64,000 nucleotides of DNA from Arcobacteraceae bacterium. GTDB lineage: Bacteria; Campylobacterota; Campylobacteria; Campylobacterales; Arcobacteraceae. Of this stretch, positions 62,326 through 64,000 are shown piece by piece; position 1 is the stretch's first letter, and each line of letters starts with the position of its first letter. The notes under the pieces were generated by a model, which ran no database searches, had not been told where the DNA came from, and saw only the letters and a list, made by a program, of their open reading frames with translations. The DNA lies in the NCBI GenBank assembly GCA_963662945.1, contig OY759974.1, positions 1,952,001-2,016,000 on the forward strand. Direction: 5' to 3'. A program made the position numbers and the translations under genes.

Positions 62326-63144
62326 TTAATAGTTTTGTAGTAGTTTTGTCCCTTGTAGAGAACCTTCATTGAGTGTAGATAAAGTTATAGAAAGTTTTTC
62401 TCTCTTAAAAGCACTTTGTAAAAATTGTTTTTCTAAAAAGCTTTTAATTTTGGGATGGTTTCCAACGCTACCACCTAATACTAAATGGTCAAAGTCAAAT
62501 AGATTTAAAGCAGTATGAAAAGCGTGTGATAATCCATTATAAAAATTTTCAATGATTATATTTGCATTGTCAGTATTGAGTGATTCTAGTAAATCTAATC
62601 TACTAAATTCTTTATCTATTTTAAAATAAGAGCACCAATGTTTAAGACCATTTCCACTTACATACAGTTCTAAACAATCGTCTCTTCCACATCCACAAGT
62701 AAATGGAGATTTTTTAAAAGGGATATGTCCTATCTCTCCAGCAGTGTTATTTGCACCTGTTACTAATCTGTTATTATCTATAAAAGCACTTCCAAACCCA
62801 GTTCCTATATAAAAAACTGCTAAAGATTTTACTTGCAAAGCATGATGTTCTGCAATTGCTGCACAATTTAAATCATTGTCAATAGCTACTGAAATTTTGT
62901 ATTTTTCCTCAATGTATTTTTTTACATCAAAGTTTGCTGTATGCGCATTTGGAGAGGAAATTATTTTTCCATTTCGTACCTGCCCAGCAAAAGATATACC
63001 TATAAAAGATATATTTGGATATTTTTTTATTATCTCATCAAGGAATTTTTTTAAATCTATTGTATCACTTGATAGTGTTGTTACGGAAGATTCATCAAAT
63101 TGATATCGAAAACTTGTTCCACCAAAATCAATATACAGATTCAT
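62326..63144 (-). CDS. ROK-family sugar kinase (glucokinase-like)
   Basis: IDFGGT, DNDLNCAA, GTGFG, GEIGH, CGCGRDDCLE; start at ATG 63144. Confidence 0.9.
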   Translation of the reverse strand: MNLYIDFGGTSFRYQFDESSVTTLSSDTIDLKKFLDEIIKKYPNISFIGISFAGQVRNGKIISSPNAHTANFDVKKYIEEKYKISVAIDNDLNCAAIAEHHALQVKSLAVFYIGTGFGSAFIDNNRLVTGANNTAGEIGHIPFKKSPFTCGCGRDDCLELYVSGNGLKHWCSYFKIDKEFSRLDLLESLNTDNANIIIENFYNGLSHAFHTALNLFDFDHLVLGGSVGNHPKIKSFLEKQFLQSAFKREKLSITLSTLNEGSLQGTKLLQNY

Positions 63145-63145
63145 T

Positions 63146-64000
63146 TTATGACTTATATAACTCAATATATTCTTTAGTTGATTGTTTCCAAGAGTGGTCA
63201 ACTTTCATATTGTGTTTTGAAATTTGTTCAAATTTTTTATGATTTCCATATAATGATAACGCTTTTGCAATTGCATGCATAAACCAAAAAATATTGTGTT
63301 CTTCATATGTGATACCAATACCCATATACTCTTTTAAGTGATTATAATCAACATCAGTAAAATCTGTAACAGTATCTCTAAGTCCTCCTGTTTTAGCAAC
63401 AATTGGTAAAGTCCCATATTTCATACAAATCATCTGATTTAATCCACAAGGTTCAAATAAAGATGGCATCACTAAAAAGTCTGCCCCTGCATACATTTTT
63501 CTTGCAAAACTTTCGTTGTATCCAACTTTGATATAAACATTTGGATAACTTACAGAGATATTATTAAAAACTGTATTATAGTGTTCTTCCCCACTTCCAA
63601 GAACGATAAAGTTTGCTTCAAAATCTTTAAAAAAGTTAAAGTTTTCAATTAAAAGGTCAATTCCTTTTTGATGAGTGAATCGTCCTATAAAAACAAAAAG
63701 TGGTTTATCACATTCTACAAAGCCAACTTCTTTTAAGAGGTTTTGTTTGTTGATATCCTTGTCTTCATAAGTTTTTACCCCAAAGTTTTTATAAAGCATA
63801 TCATCTTTTTTTGGATCAAAAACATCATAACTTATACCATTTAAAATACCTTTGAGTTTATAACTGTTTGCTCGTAAAACATCATCTAAATCACTACCAA
63901 AAAGTGGTGTTTGAATTTCATTTGCATATGTTGGACTTACCGTTGTTATATGATCACTATAATAAATTCCTGCTTTTAAGAAATTTACTTGGTCATGATA
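63146..64000 (-). CDS. glgA: Glycogen synthase (GT5), 5'-truncated by the window edge
   Basis: Frame open to the window end: NFLKAGI, TTVSPTYANEI, GILNGI, GRFTHQKG, PSLFEPCGLNQ. Confidence 0.93.
   Translation of the reverse strand, partial: YHDQVNFLKAGIYYSDHITTVSPTYANEIQTPLFGSDLDDVLRANSYKLKGILNGISYDVFDPKKDDMLYKNFGVKTYEDKDINKQNLLKEVGFVECDKPLFVFIGRFTHQKGIDLLIENFNFFKDFEANFIVLGSGEEHYNTVFNNISVSYPNVYIKVGYNESFARKMYAGADFLVMPSLFEPCGLNQMICMKYGTLPIVAKTGGLRDTVTDFTDVDYNHLKEYMGIGITYEEHNIFWFMHAIAKALSLYGNHKKFEQISKHNMKVDHSWKQSTKEYIELYKS

Overview
Low-GC bacterial chromosome segment, most likely Campylobacterota (Arcobacteraceae-like by gene content; inference). 1-15.4 kb is ordinary housekeeping and signalling DNA (rbbA-type ABC, fabD, mtnN, cyclophilin, dksA, ribA, radical SAM, YceI, MCP, two-component pair). 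From about 15.4 kb to the window end lies a physically clustered phosphate-starvation regulon. It contains phoR/phoB/phoU/pstB, pit, pstA/pstC, psiE, a chemoreceptor, an HD hydrolase, PIN-PhoH, an OlsF-like ornithine-lipid synthase, c-di-GMP enzymes, NDH-2, an SLC13 permease, glycogen genes (glgP, two GH57 enzymes, glgA, glucokinase), pgk, mgtE and PFOR. Reading the intergenic DNA by eye shows 15 promoters with the same architecture: an 11-bp-period direct repeat TGTAAY-N5-WGTAAY, exactly 10 nt, then a TAnnAT -10 box. This is Pho-box geometry. One further box lies inverted just upstream of pit. An integron remnant (attI-like site, one two-gene cassette, attC, no integrase) sits at 28.9-29.8 kb. 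I found no rRNA, tRNA or CRISPR array, and no pstS or ppk. Product calls come from motif recognition, not database searches.
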